A stretch of DNA of 62,497 nucleotides from Candidatus Pacearchaeota archaeon CG10_big_fil_rev_8_21_14_0_10_34_76 (GTDB taxonomy: Archaea > Nanobdellota > Nanobdellia > Pacearchaeales > GW2011-AR1): contig PFDB01000016.1 of the NCBI GenBank assembly GCA_002763075.1, forward strand, positions 1 through 62,497, in the 5' to 3' direction. Below, in pieces: positions 19,775 through 29,911 of this stretch. Made by a program: the position numbers and the translations under genes. Below the pieces are notes generated by a model. That model did no database searches. It was not told where the DNA came from and was given only the letters and a program-made list of their open reading frames with translations. Positions within the stretch are counted from its first letter, which is position 1. The number at the start of each line of letters is the position of its first letter.

Positions 19775-21136
19775 ATGGAAAAATTTAAAGCACTTGGACT
19801 GAATAAGAAAATGATTTCCGTACTTGAAGAGCTAAAATTCACAGAACCAAGTGAAATCCAAGAACAAACAATTCCTCTTGTTCTAGCAGGAAAAGATGTT
19901 ATAGGAAATGCATCAACAGGTTCTGGAAAAACACTTGCATTTGCATCTGCAATAGTCCAAAATTTAACGCCTGGTGCAGGCATCCAAGCCCTAGTTTTAA
20001 CTCCAACAAGAGAGCTTGCAGAACAGATAACTGGAGTAACAAAAAAATTCGCAACAAATACTGGCCTTAATATACAAGAAGTATACGGGGGTGTCTCGAT
20101 TGAGAACCAGATAAAGAAACTAGGAAAAGCAGATGTCATAATAGGCACTCCAGGAAGAGTTTTAGATCATTTAGAAAGAAGGACTATGGAATTATTTGAA
20201 CTTAAAATTCTTGTCTTGGATGAAGCAGATAGAATGGTAGACATGGGATTTCTTCCAGATGTAGAAAGAATAATCAAACAATGCCCAATAAAAAGACAAA
20301 CACTTTTGTTTTCAGCAACAACTTCTCCTGATGTACAATACATAGAGAGTAGATATATGAAAAGTCCAACTGTTGTGACAGTCACCCAATATGTCGATTC
20401 TTCAAAGCTCCAGCAATGTTATTATGATTCTCCAAGCTATATGAAATTCTCTCTTTTAGTTCACCTTTTGAAAAAAGAGAAATCAGGCATTGTAATGGTC
20501 TTTTGTAACACTAGAAAAAATGTTGATCTTATTGTTGCAAACCTAAAAAGATTTGGGCTTCCAGCACACGCAATCCATGGGGGATTGACTCAAAGCAAAA
20601 GAAATTTTGTAATGGATAAATTCCGTAAGGATGAAGCAGAGATATTAGTATGTACTGATGTTGCTGCCCGTGGACTCGATTTAAAGGGAGTCACACACGT
20701 CTATAATTATGATATCCCCGGAAAAGCAGATGAATATATCCATCGCATCGGAAGAACAGCAAGAGCAGGAAAAGAAGGGATGGCAGTCAACATAGTCACA
20801 GATAAAGATTATGATAACTTCAGAAGGGTAATGATGAATGACTCATTTAAAATAGAGAGAATTGAGTTCCCAAATGATGTGGAGAAGCTTGCTCCAAGTT
20901 TTAAAGATCAAGGATATGGAAAAATTGGTGGAAATAAAAGATTCTACAAAGGTGAAAGAACTTACAATCCGAATAGACAAAGGTTTCAATCTGGAAACGG
21001 CTATGCTGGAAACAGAGACCGAAGACAGGGTAGCAGTTATGGTGGAAGCAACGGCAGAAGAGATAGTCATAACAGCAGAGATAGAGGATCTAGACCATTT
21101 TCAAGAACTGGGAATCGAAGACACTCACAAAATTAA
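19775..21136 (+). CDS. DEAD-box RNA helicase with Arg/Gly/Ser-rich C-terminal tail
   Basis: Q motif, ASTGSGKT, PTRELA, VLDEADRM, SAT and HRIGRTARAG. The tail reads GNRDRRQGSSYGGSNGRRDSHNSRDRGSR. Confidence 0.92.
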   Translation: MEKFKALGLNKKMISVLEELKFTEPSEIQEQTIPLVLAGKDVIGNASTGSGKTLAFASAIVQNLTPGAGIQALVLTPTRELAEQITGVTKKFATNTGLNIQEVYGGVSIENQIKKLGKADVIIGTPGRVLDHLERRTMELFELKILVLDEADRMVDMGFLPDVERIIKQCPIKRQTLLFSATTSPDVQYIESRYMKSPTVVTVTQYVDSSKLQQCYYDSPSYMKFSLLVHLLKKEKSGIVMVFCNTRKNVDLIVANLKRFGLPAHAIHGGLTQSKRNFVMDKFRKDEAEILVCTDVAARGLDLKGVTHVYNYDIPGKADEYIHRIGRTARAGKEGMAVNIVTDKDYDNFRRVMMNDSFKIERIEFPNDVEKLAPSFKDQGYGKIGGNKRFYKGERTYNPNRQRFQSGNGYAGNRDRRQGSSYGGSNGRRDSHNSRDRGSRPFSRTGNRRHSQN

Positions 21137-21255
21137 GAGCATCGCAAATCAAAAAGTTATTGACTAATTCTTACTATGCCCAAATTAAGGATACCTCAGA
21201 TTACACTATCTATTTACCTAATCAAATTTATATTGCATTCTTCTCGCAACTCAGT

Positions 21256-21381
21256 TTAATAGGATTCTTTCTTTGATTCAGAACTAGAATCACCTTCTCT
21301 TCTTAACCTTTCTTTTAGGGCTTTGTATTCTGCAAGTTTCCTATCATACTCGGGGTCAACAAATTCAGTTGGTCTTGCCAT
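21256..21381 (-). CDS. possible 41-aa charged micro-protein
   Basis: Own translation: MARPTEFVDPEYDRKLAEYKALKERLRREGDSSSESKKESY. It is below the ORF-track length cutoff and no homology is recognisable. Confidence 0.25.
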   Translation of the reverse strand: MARPTEFVDPEYDRKLAEYKALKERLRREGDSSSESKKESY

Positions 21382-21500
21382 AATCTATCTTACAAAATAT
21401 CCTATTAAAACATTTCTAGTCTGCATTAGTCATATGCATTTTACCTTTCAAACAAATAATTTAGGTAAAACTATTTAATACCTTAATATTAACCAAGATA

Positions 21501-22319
21501 ATGGTGATAAATAAAGAGAAGAAGATTAAATTTAATCTCTCTCCATCTAGCTTGAATACATATTTCCAAAGCCCTTTATTATTCTATTTGAAATATATTG
21601 CAAAAGTCCCAGATGACACAAAAGTTCCTGTTTGTTATGGCCTTTCTGGAAACATAGTTCACAATTGTCTTGAAAAATACTCTAAAAAACAAATATCAAG
21701 AGATGAAGCATACATGCTCTTAATGTCTGAATGGCAGGAAAAAAACCTGCACTACCATCCAGATATAAAAAACCAGCCATTGAACTCACAAGATTATCTC
21801 TCAGCTCTTATCAAAGGATTACAAATAGTAGACCAGCATGAAAATCATGTATGTGAAGAGACAATACAATTCCCTGCACTATCAAACGATAAAATGGAAA
21901 TAGGAGTAAAGGGAATAATTGACCTTCAAGCTACAGAAAAATCTACTGGTGAAAATGTAATAATAGACTACAAAACAAGCAACAGTGTTAGTCAGGGAAA
22001 GGAATTTGAACGCCAAGCACTTTTCTATAACTATCTCGTCCACAAGAAAAAAAACATTCTCCCAACAAAGACAGTATTTCACTACCTCAAGCTTAATATT
22101 CCAAAAACATACAATTTCTCAGAAATTCAAGTCAAATCATTTGAAAAAGAAATCTACTCGGTATCTGAAAAAATCTTAGAATACGGAACAGATATTGGAA
22201 GTTATCCTATTGGGAATATAGAAGACCTATTCAATAGTAAAAAGCGCGCATGTGAAGAAGAACTCCAACGCCGAATGGGTTTTAGCAACATCAGAAAATT
22301 TGTACAAATGCGATTCTGA
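21501..22319 (+). CDS. PD-(D/E)XK (RecB/Cas4-like) nuclease superfamily protein
   Basis: N-terminal SPSSLNTYFQSPLLFYLKYI and core GIIDLQA...VIIDYKTS (D...D/ExK) motifs. There is no C-terminal Cys cluster. Confidence 0.55.
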   Translation: MVINKEKKIKFNLSPSSLNTYFQSPLLFYLKYIAKVPDDTKVPVCYGLSGNIVHNCLEKYSKKQISRDEAYMLLMSEWQEKNLHYHPDIKNQPLNSQDYLSALIKGLQIVDQHENHVCEETIQFPALSNDKMEIGVKGIIDLQATEKSTGENVIIDYKTSNSVSQGKEFERQALFYNYLVHKKKNILPTKTVFHYLKLNIPKTYNFSEIQVKSFEKEIYSVSEKILEYGTDIGSYPIGNIEDLFNSKKRACEEELQRRMGFSNIRKFVQMRF

Positions 22320-22360
22320 AAAACCTAAACCCTTTAATACATCTCATTCGTCTACTAATA

Positions 22361-23116
22361 ATGGGATATTGGCCTGCAGCAATGCAAGCGATAAAAAATG
22401 CAGATGTAGTAATCTTTGTTCTAGATGCAAGAATGCCAGAGATATCAAGAAACAAGGATTTAGAAAAGAAACTAAAGGAATCTGGAAAAGAAGTCTTAGT
22501 AGTTTTCAATAAAATAGATCTGATTTCATCAAATAAGATAAGAAAATTACAAAAAGAGAACAAAAATTGTTTTCTAGTTTCAACAACAAGTAAAAATGGA
22601 ATAAGCTCTCTTAGATTAAAATTACAAAAACTTGGAAAGGCTCTAAATGTAGAAAATTTGGAAGTAGGGATGGTAGGATATCCAAATGTTGGAAAAAGTG
22701 CCCTAACAAACGTCTTAATCAGATCTGCAAAAACAAAAGTCTCATCAAAGGCAGGCACCACAAAGGGCCTTCAATGGGCAGGAGGTTCAAAGATTAAAAT
22801 ATTAGATTCTCCAGGAGTAATTCCTTTCGAAGATGATGAAGTAAAATTAGGAATTTTGGGAGCAAAAAATCCCGAAAAAATGAAAAATCCAGAACTTGTA
22901 GCAATAAAAATAATAGATTTATTCATGAAAGAAGGAACTAAAAATTTAGAACTTAAATATAAAATAAAAATCAATGAGGAAGATGACAATTATGACATAT
23001 TTGTAAAAATTGGAGAATCAAGAAGCCCATTAAAAAAAGGCGGAATAATTGACGAAACATTCACAGCTATGTTGATAATAAAAGATTGGCAAATCGGCAA
23101 GTTAACAATAGATTAA
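22361..23116 (+). CDS. circularly permuted (YlqF/RbgA-like) ribosome-biogenesis GTPase
   Basis: Motif order is G4 NKIDL, then G1 GYPNVGKSALTN, then G3 DSPGV. Confidence 0.75.
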   Translation: MGYWPAAMQAIKNADVVIFVLDARMPEISRNKDLEKKLKESGKEVLVVFNKIDLISSNKIRKLQKENKNCFLVSTTSKNGISSLRLKLQKLGKALNVENLEVGMVGYPNVGKSALTNVLIRSAKTKVSSKAGTTKGLQWAGGSKIKILDSPGVIPFEDDEVKLGILGAKNPEKMKNPELVAIKIIDLFMKEGTKNLELKYKIKINEEDDNYDIFVKIGESRSPLKKGGIIDETFTAMLIIKDWQIGKLTID

Positions 23117-23182
23117 CCTTAAAAGCAAATTCAATTTATTGTTAACACAAAAATTTAAAACATTCTACCCTTATCTGATATC

Positions 23183-23554
23183 ATGCCAAACTACTTCCTA
23201 ATAACTGTCTGGATAGCTCAAATAATTATAGCATTAATTCTTCTCCAAACTCTTTACTTCAAATTTACTGGAGCTGAAGAATCTAAATTTATATTCTCAA
23301 AAATTGGTGTAGAGCCTTGGGGAAGATATTTTATAGCAACAGCAGAACTAACGATTGCAGTTCTCTTATTAATCCCTACAACATCAAAGTACGCATCAAT
23401 AGGGGCTATGGCAATAATACTCCCGGCCATTTTCTTTCATCTAACAATCCTAGGTATAGAAGTCATGAACGATAAAGGTCTTCTTTTCGGTCTTGCAATA
23501 CTTATCTTTGTATTAAGCGCGTTTGTAACCTGGGCAAGATTCGCTAAATTATAA
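23183..23554 (+). CDS. DoxX-like membrane protein
   Basis: Four hydrophobic helices with a DoxX-like layout. Confidence 0.5.
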   Translation: MPNYFLITVWIAQIIIALILLQTLYFKFTGAEESKFIFSKIGVEPWGRYFIATAELTIAVLLLIPTTSKYASIGAMAIILPAIFFHLTILGIEVMNDKGLLFGLAILIFVLSAFVTWARFAKL

Positions 23555-23610
23555 AAAATTACTTTCTTTCCATTAAAAGCTTATTAGCAGATCTTTCCAT
23601 AGCTTAACTT

Positions 23611-24381
23611 TTAAGCAGCCTTCTTCATCGCAAGGTCACAATCAATTAGAGCTTTTATCTCACCTATTCTTTCCTTGGACTCTGGTAATTCACTAACGAC
23701 ATTTACTTTTCTAACAACATTTTCATCTAATGGAAGCCAATAAGAATCTGTAAGAGAAACCAAGCCCCCATCTCTCTCAAGAATAGCCCTTTTTATTCCA
23801 TTCATATGAGGATCTCTAGTCAAGAGATAAACTCTTTTAGGAGAATAAACGCTCAAGGTTAAAGCTTTTGCAAAGATATCTGCATCATGTAACATATGCT
23901 CTTTAAGTCCATTCCCAGTTCCATTACTTAATGCTATTTTTCTAGTAACTATTTGAATTAGTTCTAAAACATGTTCTTTCCCTTCAAGATATTGCTCTGT
24001 TGGTAAAATATTTATTCCTTGTGCAAACGAATCCAATTTTCCAACGAGACCTCCGAGAATCCTAGCACGACCCTCATTTCCAGATTCCCTTGCTCTCCTT
24101 AATCCTTCCCTCTGGTTTTCAAGATATCTTGCAAATTCAGTTCTCATCTCAGCTGGAAATGTAACAAGTTGATCATTAGCATAAGGAAGAACATCTTCAA
24201 CAAGTTTATGATAAAAACGACTAACTATACTAGGCAATGTTGTACCCATCTTGTGTTCAGGCTTAGAAGTAATAAAACCTGTGTCCACTACCTTTATCCC
24301 GTCATAACCAAGAACTTCTGAAATTCTTTTGATTCCATTATCTTGAATTCTTTTTACTGCTGAGGCGTAAATATTTGACAT
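23611..24381 (-). CDS. hypothetical protein
   Basis: 256-aa ORF with no recognisable motif. Visibly GC-richer than the flanking housekeeping genes. Confidence 0.5.
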   Translation of the reverse strand: MSNIYASAVKRIQDNGIKRISEVLGYDGIKVVDTGFITSKPEHKMGTTLPSIVSRFYHKLVEDVLPYANDQLVTFPAEMRTEFARYLENQREGLRRARESGNEGRARILGGLVGKLDSFAQGINILPTEQYLEGKEHVLELIQIVTRKIALSNGTGNGLKEHMLHDADIFAKALTLSVYSPKRVYLLTRDPHMNGIKRAILERDGGLVSLTDSYWLPLDENVVRKVNVVSELPESKERIGEIKALIDCDLAMKKAA

Positions 24382-24431
24382 AGTATGAATCTCTTAATTA
24401 GGAGGTTTAAAAATTTAACTCTTTCAGAAAT

Positions 24432-25985
24432 CTAAGGAGATTTTGGAATGAATGTTTGCAACTGAAATTTAGATAAAGGCAAATAATCTATGTTATCTCC
24501 GCCTAAATTCTTGATATCGTCACAGAATCCATCCTTATCTCCGTCTGAGCAAGTTTCACTGAATCCCGTTCCATAGGGATTCGCCCAGTAGTTTCCTCCA
24601 AGAACTTGTCCGCCGATTATATTTTTTCCATTAGTTCTCCCAATATTGAATAAGTTAACACCAGAAGAAACTAAATATGGATCATGATAATTTTTAAAAT
24701 AATTATTATATATCAGATTATTGATGACCCTAGAACCAAAGCTCAAAGAATACTCGTTATCCAAGAACCAATTTCCAAAAACTCTATTATACTTGCTATC
24801 ATGTATTAACAAAGGCTGTTGATTTAATCTGAGTGTATTCTCAGTTATAGAATTGCTATGAGAATCTGCCCATATCCATATTCCCCTCTCTTGTGAAAAT
24901 ATTTCATTCCCGATAATCTCATTATTTAAACTATCGTGGTACAATCCAATACCAACATGATCCAATCCATACACATTAAACCCAATTTCATTATTAGAAA
25001 TTACATTATTAGTAGGACCAGAGGTTAAAATAATCCCATCCCCGTTGTGGGTTACGATATTAGAATCTATAGTATTCAAGTGGGAATCGCCAGAAATAAA
25101 AATAGCCCAATCAGTATTATTAGTTATAGTGTTCTCTTCGATATTAACATTAATGCAATTGCTGCACCTAATACCGTCTTCGTTTCCGATTATAATATTC
25201 TCCTCTATATAAGAATCTTTAATTCTAGACATAAAAAGACCAAATCTGTTTGATTGTAAATTATTATTTCCTACTATATGACCTTCTCCTCCATTTAGAT
25301 CAATGCCGTATTCTGTATTTATTCCCGTTATTGAATCTATAAGACTATGGCTAGAATCAAGCGTTAGTTGGATAACCATCTCAAAATTTTTAATTGTCCC
25401 ATCTCTAATGATTAAATAATCAGAGTCCTCAGCTCTTATTCCAAATCCTCTTCCATTACCTTCAATTGTATACCCATTAAGATTTAATTCAATATTATCG
25501 CCTAAAATAGTGAAGCAAGTATCATTAGAATATAAGTCATTCATGAGACGATAAGCAACTCCTTCTTGATTTAGAATTCCACAAGATTCCAAGGGCATAA
25601 AAGGTTTCGCTAAATAGAGTTTTAAATCGACATAGAATCTACTTGATTGCTCTCCTTCACCATTACCATTTTGACAGGTTAAATCCACTCTATAAAATCC
25701 GTCATCTCCTGTATTCTGAAGATCTGTTATAATGTCCCGATGATAAGTTCCTCCAGTCAAAGACATTTCTTTTTCTCTGCCACACCATCCACCGTTTCCG
25801 CTACCTCCACATAGTTCATAATAACAAACGGCTTCTTCGTTTGTATTTACTTTTAGAGAGATGGATTCGCTTATGACTGTCGAACCATTTTGGGGATTTA
25901 AGATTTCTATAATTGGCTGAGCATTCACAGAACTAGCTAAAATAATCAATCCTGCAAAAAGCATCAAAATATGCCTTAATTTCAT
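24432..25985 (-). CDS. secreted right-handed beta-helix (NosD/PbH1-repeat) protein
   Basis: Signal peptide MKLRHILMLFAGLIILASSVNA. Many repeats of the N-x-I-x-x-N type (IIGNEDGIRCSNCINVNIEENTITNN...). C-terminal Asp-rich Cys motif. Confidence 0.75.
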   Translation of the reverse strand: MKLRHILMLFAGLIILASSVNAQPIIEILNPQNGSTVISESISLKVNTNEEAVCYYELCGGSGNGGWCGREKEMSLTGGTYHRDIITDLQNTGDDGFYRVDLTCQNGNGEGEQSSRFYVDLKLYLAKPFMPLESCGILNQEGVAYRLMNDLYSNDTCFTILGDNIELNLNGYTIEGNGRGFGIRAEDSDYLIIRDGTIKNFEMVIQLTLDSSHSLIDSITGINTEYGIDLNGGEGHIVGNNNLQSNRFGLFMSRIKDSYIEENIIIGNEDGIRCSNCINVNIEENTITNNTDWAIFISGDSHLNTIDSNIVTHNGDGIILTSGPTNNVISNNEIGFNVYGLDHVGIGLYHDSLNNEIIGNEIFSQERGIWIWADSHSNSITENTLRLNQQPLLIHDSKYNRVFGNWFLDNEYSLSFGSRVINNLIYNNYFKNYHDPYLVSSGVNLFNIGRTNGKNIIGGQVLGGNYWANPYGTGFSETCSDGDKDGFCDDIKNLGGDNIDYLPLSKFQLQTFIPKSP

Positions 25986-26024
25986 GTATTTTGAGTGGTA
26001 ACACCTCCTTTAAGTCTTTCGCTA

Positions 26025-27272
26025 TTAAATCCCAAGTTCCAAATTAATCTTCACACCCTTGATATTTCTCTTTAAATTTCCATCAGGTAAGACTCTTATC
26101 AGTCCCATTTTCTTTAGCCTGTTGGCGTACGTGCTTATTGTGGCGACAGATTTGCCTATTTCTTTAGACATATCCGTAGTATTTCGAGAACCATCTGCCA
26201 AGACCAATATTTCTAATGCAATGTTACTTTTTAGCACGGCACCAATATTTTTAGCATCTTGTTTTTTTGATATCTGAAGAATAGACTCTTCTATCAGTCC
26301 ACTTTGCTCCACATATTTTTTCTTGCGGTCTTGTAGATAAGCATATAAGTTTTCAGCAAGAATCTTCAATAAGTCTTCCTCCTTAACTTGCTTATACTCT
26401 TTATAAAATTCCTGATAATCATATTCTAAGTTTTTATCTCCTTTAACTGTTATACATCCTGCATTGCCAGCAAGATATCTAAACAGGACAAAAATATCTT
26501 TTTTATCAGTATTGATCCCCATTAGAATATCCTTAATATCCCGAAGGCTCATAGTCCATTCTGGAACAGAATGATTGTGAATTAAATAAGGGACATTCTT
26601 CATCAAAATAAAAATGGGATTTTTATTCTCTATCAGTCCATTTTTGACCATTAACTCTCTTGTTATTGTATAAAGCTGTTCTTTATTCTGGCCAAAGAAC
26701 CCTAAATCAATTTCCCTATCTACATCTTCAGGATATAGCTCATGGAAATAATTGCAGAAAAACATGTCCATAGGAATCTGAACAAGATGAGAGATTTTAT
26801 CTCTTTCTATGTCATATCTTTTGATTTGCATCTGTGCAAGAATAGAATAAAATTGCTGGAATAAGTTGTCTTCCTTGTATGAAATTAACCTTTTCCAAAT
26901 TTCAGAAGACCTATAGATAAGCAATTTCTCCTTTTCGAACCCTAAAGACTCTGCAATTGTTCTTAGTTCCTTGACCTTTTCATTGATAAAGGTTTCAGCA
27001 TCAGGAACTTTTCTTAAAGATTTCAATCTTGTAAAATAAGCATTTGAAATTGTATTCATATCCCATAATACTATTATAACCTTAAAATTCCCAGAATCTG
27101 CAAATTTCTTTAGCTCTTCTAATGTAAACAAAATTGAATAGTTTGGAGTAATATAAGTGAAAGAGCAGAAAACATTAAGCTGTTTTCCTTCGTTCAGCTC
27201 CGGCTTTATCTTCAGCTCAAAGTCCTTCTCATCTGTTGGATATACAATAAAGTTATTTTCAGCCATATACAA
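26025..27272 (-). CDS. winged-helix (ArsR/TrmB-like) regulator with large uncharacterised N-terminal domain
   Basis: C-terminal LVLADGSRNTTDMSKEIGKSVATISTYANRLKKMGLIRV is a wHTH. About 330 aa of N-terminus is unassigned. Divergent from the radical SAM operon. Confidence 0.6.
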   Translation of the reverse strand: MYMAENNFIVYPTDEKDFELKIKPELNEGKQLNVFCSFTYITPNYSILFTLEELKKFADSGNFKVIIVLWDMNTISNAYFTRLKSLRKVPDAETFINEKVKELRTIAESLGFEKEKLLIYRSSEIWKRLISYKEDNLFQQFYSILAQMQIKRYDIERDKISHLVQIPMDMFFCNYFHELYPEDVDREIDLGFFGQNKEQLYTITRELMVKNGLIENKNPIFILMKNVPYLIHNHSVPEWTMSLRDIKDILMGINTDKKDIFVLFRYLAGNAGCITVKGDKNLEYDYQEFYKEYKQVKEEDLLKILAENLYAYLQDRKKKYVEQSGLIEESILQISKKQDAKNIGAVLKSNIALEILVLADGSRNTTDMSKEIGKSVATISTYANRLKKMGLIRVLPDGNLKRNIKGVKINLELGI

Positions 27273-27317
27273 ATTTCTTAACCGAACCTATCTTGTTAAA
27301 CAAAAAGTTAAACAGCC

Positions 27318-27325
27318 TTTAAATA
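27318..27325 (+). promoter_or_regulatory. TATA-like box (TTTAAATA) for the radical SAM operon
   Basis: It lies about 30 nt upstream of ATG 27354, which implies a very short leader. This favours ATG 27354 over the GTG at 27336. Two GTTAAAC direct repeats (27294-27300 and 27307-27313) lie just upstream. Confidence 0.35.
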
Positions 27326-27353
27326 TTTTACTTTTGTGACTTTTTCAAGAAAC

Positions 27354-28775
27354 ATGGCAAGAAAAATAACTTTCGTCAAACCCGAAGTAGCCCATCCTGT
27401 AAAAAGACAGGGATATGCTGGAGATGTAGGACTTCCAACCGGCTTACTTTATTTAGCAGGATATGTAAGAGCAAACAATGGAATTGGTGTCTCTGTGATA
27501 GATCACAGGTTAAAAAGAGCATTAGGACAGCCAATTGATATGGAAGCTGAATTGGCTGATGCGGATATAGTTGGAGTTGGGGCATGCACTGCTGAAGCTC
27601 CCGGAGCATTAAGAGTTCTTCAGAAAGCTAAGGCAATGGGAAAGACAACGATTGCAGGAGGATTATATCCGACTTTCAATGCTGAAACAATGTTGAGAAC
27701 AGGATTTGTAGATTATGTAGTAAATGGAGAAGGAGAAGCTGGGCTGTCTAAACTGCTTCATGCCTTAGAAGGGCGAGGCGACATAAGAGATGTAAAAGGA
27801 ATCGTAACATTAAGAGACGGACAAGTTGTTAGAACCCCTGATAAAGAACTTATTGAGGACTTGGATAGCATTCCCCTTCCTGCTTATGATTTAATAGATA
27901 TGGAATCATACTCCAAATTTTCTCCAGCGGCCATTTATGCGGCAAGGGGTTGCCCACTGAGCTGTAAGTTCTGTACATTGAATGAATTATGGGAATACAG
28001 ATACAGAAGAAGATCCTTTGATAATGTTCTTGAAGAATTAGCTTTGTTTAAAGATTTTGGATTTGAAAGAGCACATTTCAAGGATGAAACCATCACTCTA
28101 AACAAGAAATGGTGCGGCGAGCTTTTCAAGGAGATTGAACAGGCAGGATTAGGCATGAGTTATAAAGCCAAGTCTAGAATTAATGGATTAACTCCAGAAT
28201 TGTTAGATCAAATGATGTCTGGAGGAGTTGATACAATCCACTCTGGAATAGAATCTGTTTCCCAGAGGACTTTAGATGGAATGGCAAAAAAAGTAGATGC
28301 GAGATCAATCAGGGAAGCATTTGAGTTGATGCTTGGAAACGGGTGTAATGTAAATCCAGTCTATATGTTTGGGTGGGCAGGAGAAACTCCTGAAGACTTA
28401 GCTAATAATGCAGCATTTATAGAAAAAATGGGAATAAGGGCAGGAGTCATAACATATATTTCATTTATTACGCCTCATCCAGGAAGCAATTTAACAAAAG
28501 ATCTTGCAGATGAACTTATCGTCTTGTCAAGCGATCTTTCCAGATATACTCACAAACAACCAGTAGCTGTCCCAAGAAGTTTAGGTCCAAGAGGATTACA
28601 ATTAATGGTTGATCATTATCACAGAATTGCCGAGGCAACTGGAATGCAGAATGTAAATCCAAAAGTTGATCCTATTTATCTTGCAGAAATCTCTCATGCC
28701 AATGCAATGACAAGACATATAAATCCTGAACAAAGACAACTAGACTATACTCAACTAACAGTGGGTGTGGCATAA
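27354..28775 (+). CDS. cobalamin-binding-domain (class B) radical SAM enzyme
   Basis: N-terminal B12-binding-like Rossmann region (DIVGVGACT..., TTIAGGLYPTF), then the AARGCPLSCKFC CxxxCxxC cluster. The ORF track begins at GTG 27336. Confidence 0.85.
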   Translation: MARKITFVKPEVAHPVKRQGYAGDVGLPTGLLYLAGYVRANNGIGVSVIDHRLKRALGQPIDMEAELADADIVGVGACTAEAPGALRVLQKAKAMGKTTIAGGLYPTFNAETMLRTGFVDYVVNGEGEAGLSKLLHALEGRGDIRDVKGIVTLRDGQVVRTPDKELIEDLDSIPLPAYDLIDMESYSKFSPAAIYAARGCPLSCKFCTLNELWEYRYRRRSFDNVLEELALFKDFGFERAHFKDETITLNKKWCGELFKEIEQAGLGMSYKAKSRINGLTPELLDQMMSGGVDTIHSGIESVSQRTLDGMAKKVDARSIREAFELMLGNGCNVNPVYMFGWAGETPEDLANNAAFIEKMGIRAGVITYISFITPHPGSNLTKDLADELIVLSSDLSRYTHKQPVAVPRSLGPRGLQLMVDHYHRIAEATGMQNVNPKVDPIYLAEISHANAMTRHINPEQRQLDYTQLTVGVA

Positions 28776-29315
28776 ATGGAAATCGAAATAAAAGCAACAT
28801 TTGATGATAAGGAAAAACTGAAAGAAAGACTCAAAGAGATAGGAGCAAAGGAAGAAAAGCAAAAGCATCAGATAGATGAGTATTACAATCATCCGGAAAG
28901 AGATACAAGAAAAACTAATGAATATATCAGATTAAGATACAAACCAGATGAAAATAAAGGAACATTCGCTTATCATATTAATATTAGCGATGGAGTAAAT
29001 AAAGAGTTTGAAGTTAATGTTGATAATTTAGAAGTATTCAAACAGATTCTTCAGGGATTAGGATTTCCACTCTTAGGAGTAATTGACAAAAAGAGAGAGA
29101 CTTACAAATTCGAGGAGTTTACTATTACACTTGATGATGTTAAAGATATCGATAATTTCCTTGAGATTGAAGTTGATGGAGAAGAGTCAGAAATTGATGA
29201 GAAAAAAAGGCAATGCATGGAAATGCTAAAGAAACTTGGCTTGTCGGAAGACAATCTTTGCAAAGGAGTCTGGCTCTGTGATATAGCTACAGGCAGGACC
29301 GAGTGGAAAAAATGA
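28776..29315 (+). CDS. CYTH-domain protein (CyaB-type class IV adenylyl cyclase / triphosphate tunnel metalloenzyme)
   Basis: MEIEIK (ExExK), YIRLRY, EFEVNV, KKRETYKF, FLEIEV. Length 179 aa, as in CyaB/PH1819-type proteins. Confidence 0.85.
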   Translation: MEIEIKATFDDKEKLKERLKEIGAKEEKQKHQIDEYYNHPERDTRKTNEYIRLRYKPDENKGTFAYHINISDGVNKEFEVNVDNLEVFKQILQGLGFPLLGVIDKKRETYKFEEFTITLDDVKDIDNFLEIEVDGEESEIDEKKRQCMEMLKKLGLSEDNLCKGVWLCDIATGRTEWKK

Positions 29316-29911
29316 ATCCATTTTTGGTTTTAGAGGGAGTAGATGCAGCAGGAAAGACAACTGTAGGAAATAGGTTAGCTCAAATCATGCCAGCACGTTA
29401 CTTTAAGACTCCCGGAGATGAATTCGCATCAATGAGGGAATATATAGATGATCATGCTCCGCCTCCTTCAAAATTACTTTTCTACCTTTCTAGTGTAGTT
29501 GACGTCTCAGCCAGAATAGGATCTGCTCTCGAAAATAGTCCTGCAATCTGCGATAGGTATATTTGGAGTACTCTTGTTCCTCATGCAGCTTATCATGGAG
29601 AAAATTTAGAAGAATTAGAATGCATTTGGAGACCATTAGTTAAAAATCTTGTTCAGCCAGACCATGTCATTCTTCTGCAAGTTAGTGAAGAAGAGCAATT
29701 ACGAAGATTGCATTTAGCTGAGAGAATTAATGGAAAGCAAAGTGCAAGCGATAGATTCTGTTTAAACACTGAGACAAGAAGAAGAGTTCGAGGATTGTAT
29801 GATTCTGTTGCGGAAAGAGAAGGATGGCTGAAAATAGACACAACTCATAAAAGTGTAGAAGAAGTCATTGAAGAAATAAATTCAAGATTTTCTTTAGGAG
29901 TTTTAGCATGA
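29312..29911 (+). CDS. thymidylate-kinase-like P-loop (d)NMP kinase
   Basis: LVLEGVDAAGKTT P-loop, DRYIWS (the DRY motif of the Tmk family), and a lid-like RRLHLAER. ATGA overlap with the CYTH stop. Confidence 0.8.
   Translation: MNPFLVLEGVDAAGKTTVGNRLAQIMPARYFKTPGDEFASMREYIDDHAPPPSKLLFYLSSVVDVSARIGSALENSPAICDRYIWSTLVPHAAYHGENLEELECIWRPLVKNLVQPDHVILLQVSEEEQLRRLHLAERINGKQSASDRFCLNTETRRRVRGLYDSVAEREGWLKIDTTHKSVEEVIEEINSRFSLGVLA

Noticed and set aside
26025-27272. Idea that the regulator N-domain is a degenerate TyrRS/TrpRS-like Rossmann fold (VIIVLWDMNT, DMSKEIGKS)
   Set aside because: The KMSKS-like string falls inside the wHTH, and there is no HIGH-like motif. The resemblance is too weak to claim without profile searches.
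27435-27442. CCAACCGG match to the tRNA-Asp 3' region as a possible left att site of the island
   Set aside because: It is only 8 nt, lies inside the radical SAM coding sequence, and has no extended identity. My scan was by eye and not exhaustive, so a real att copy could have been missed.
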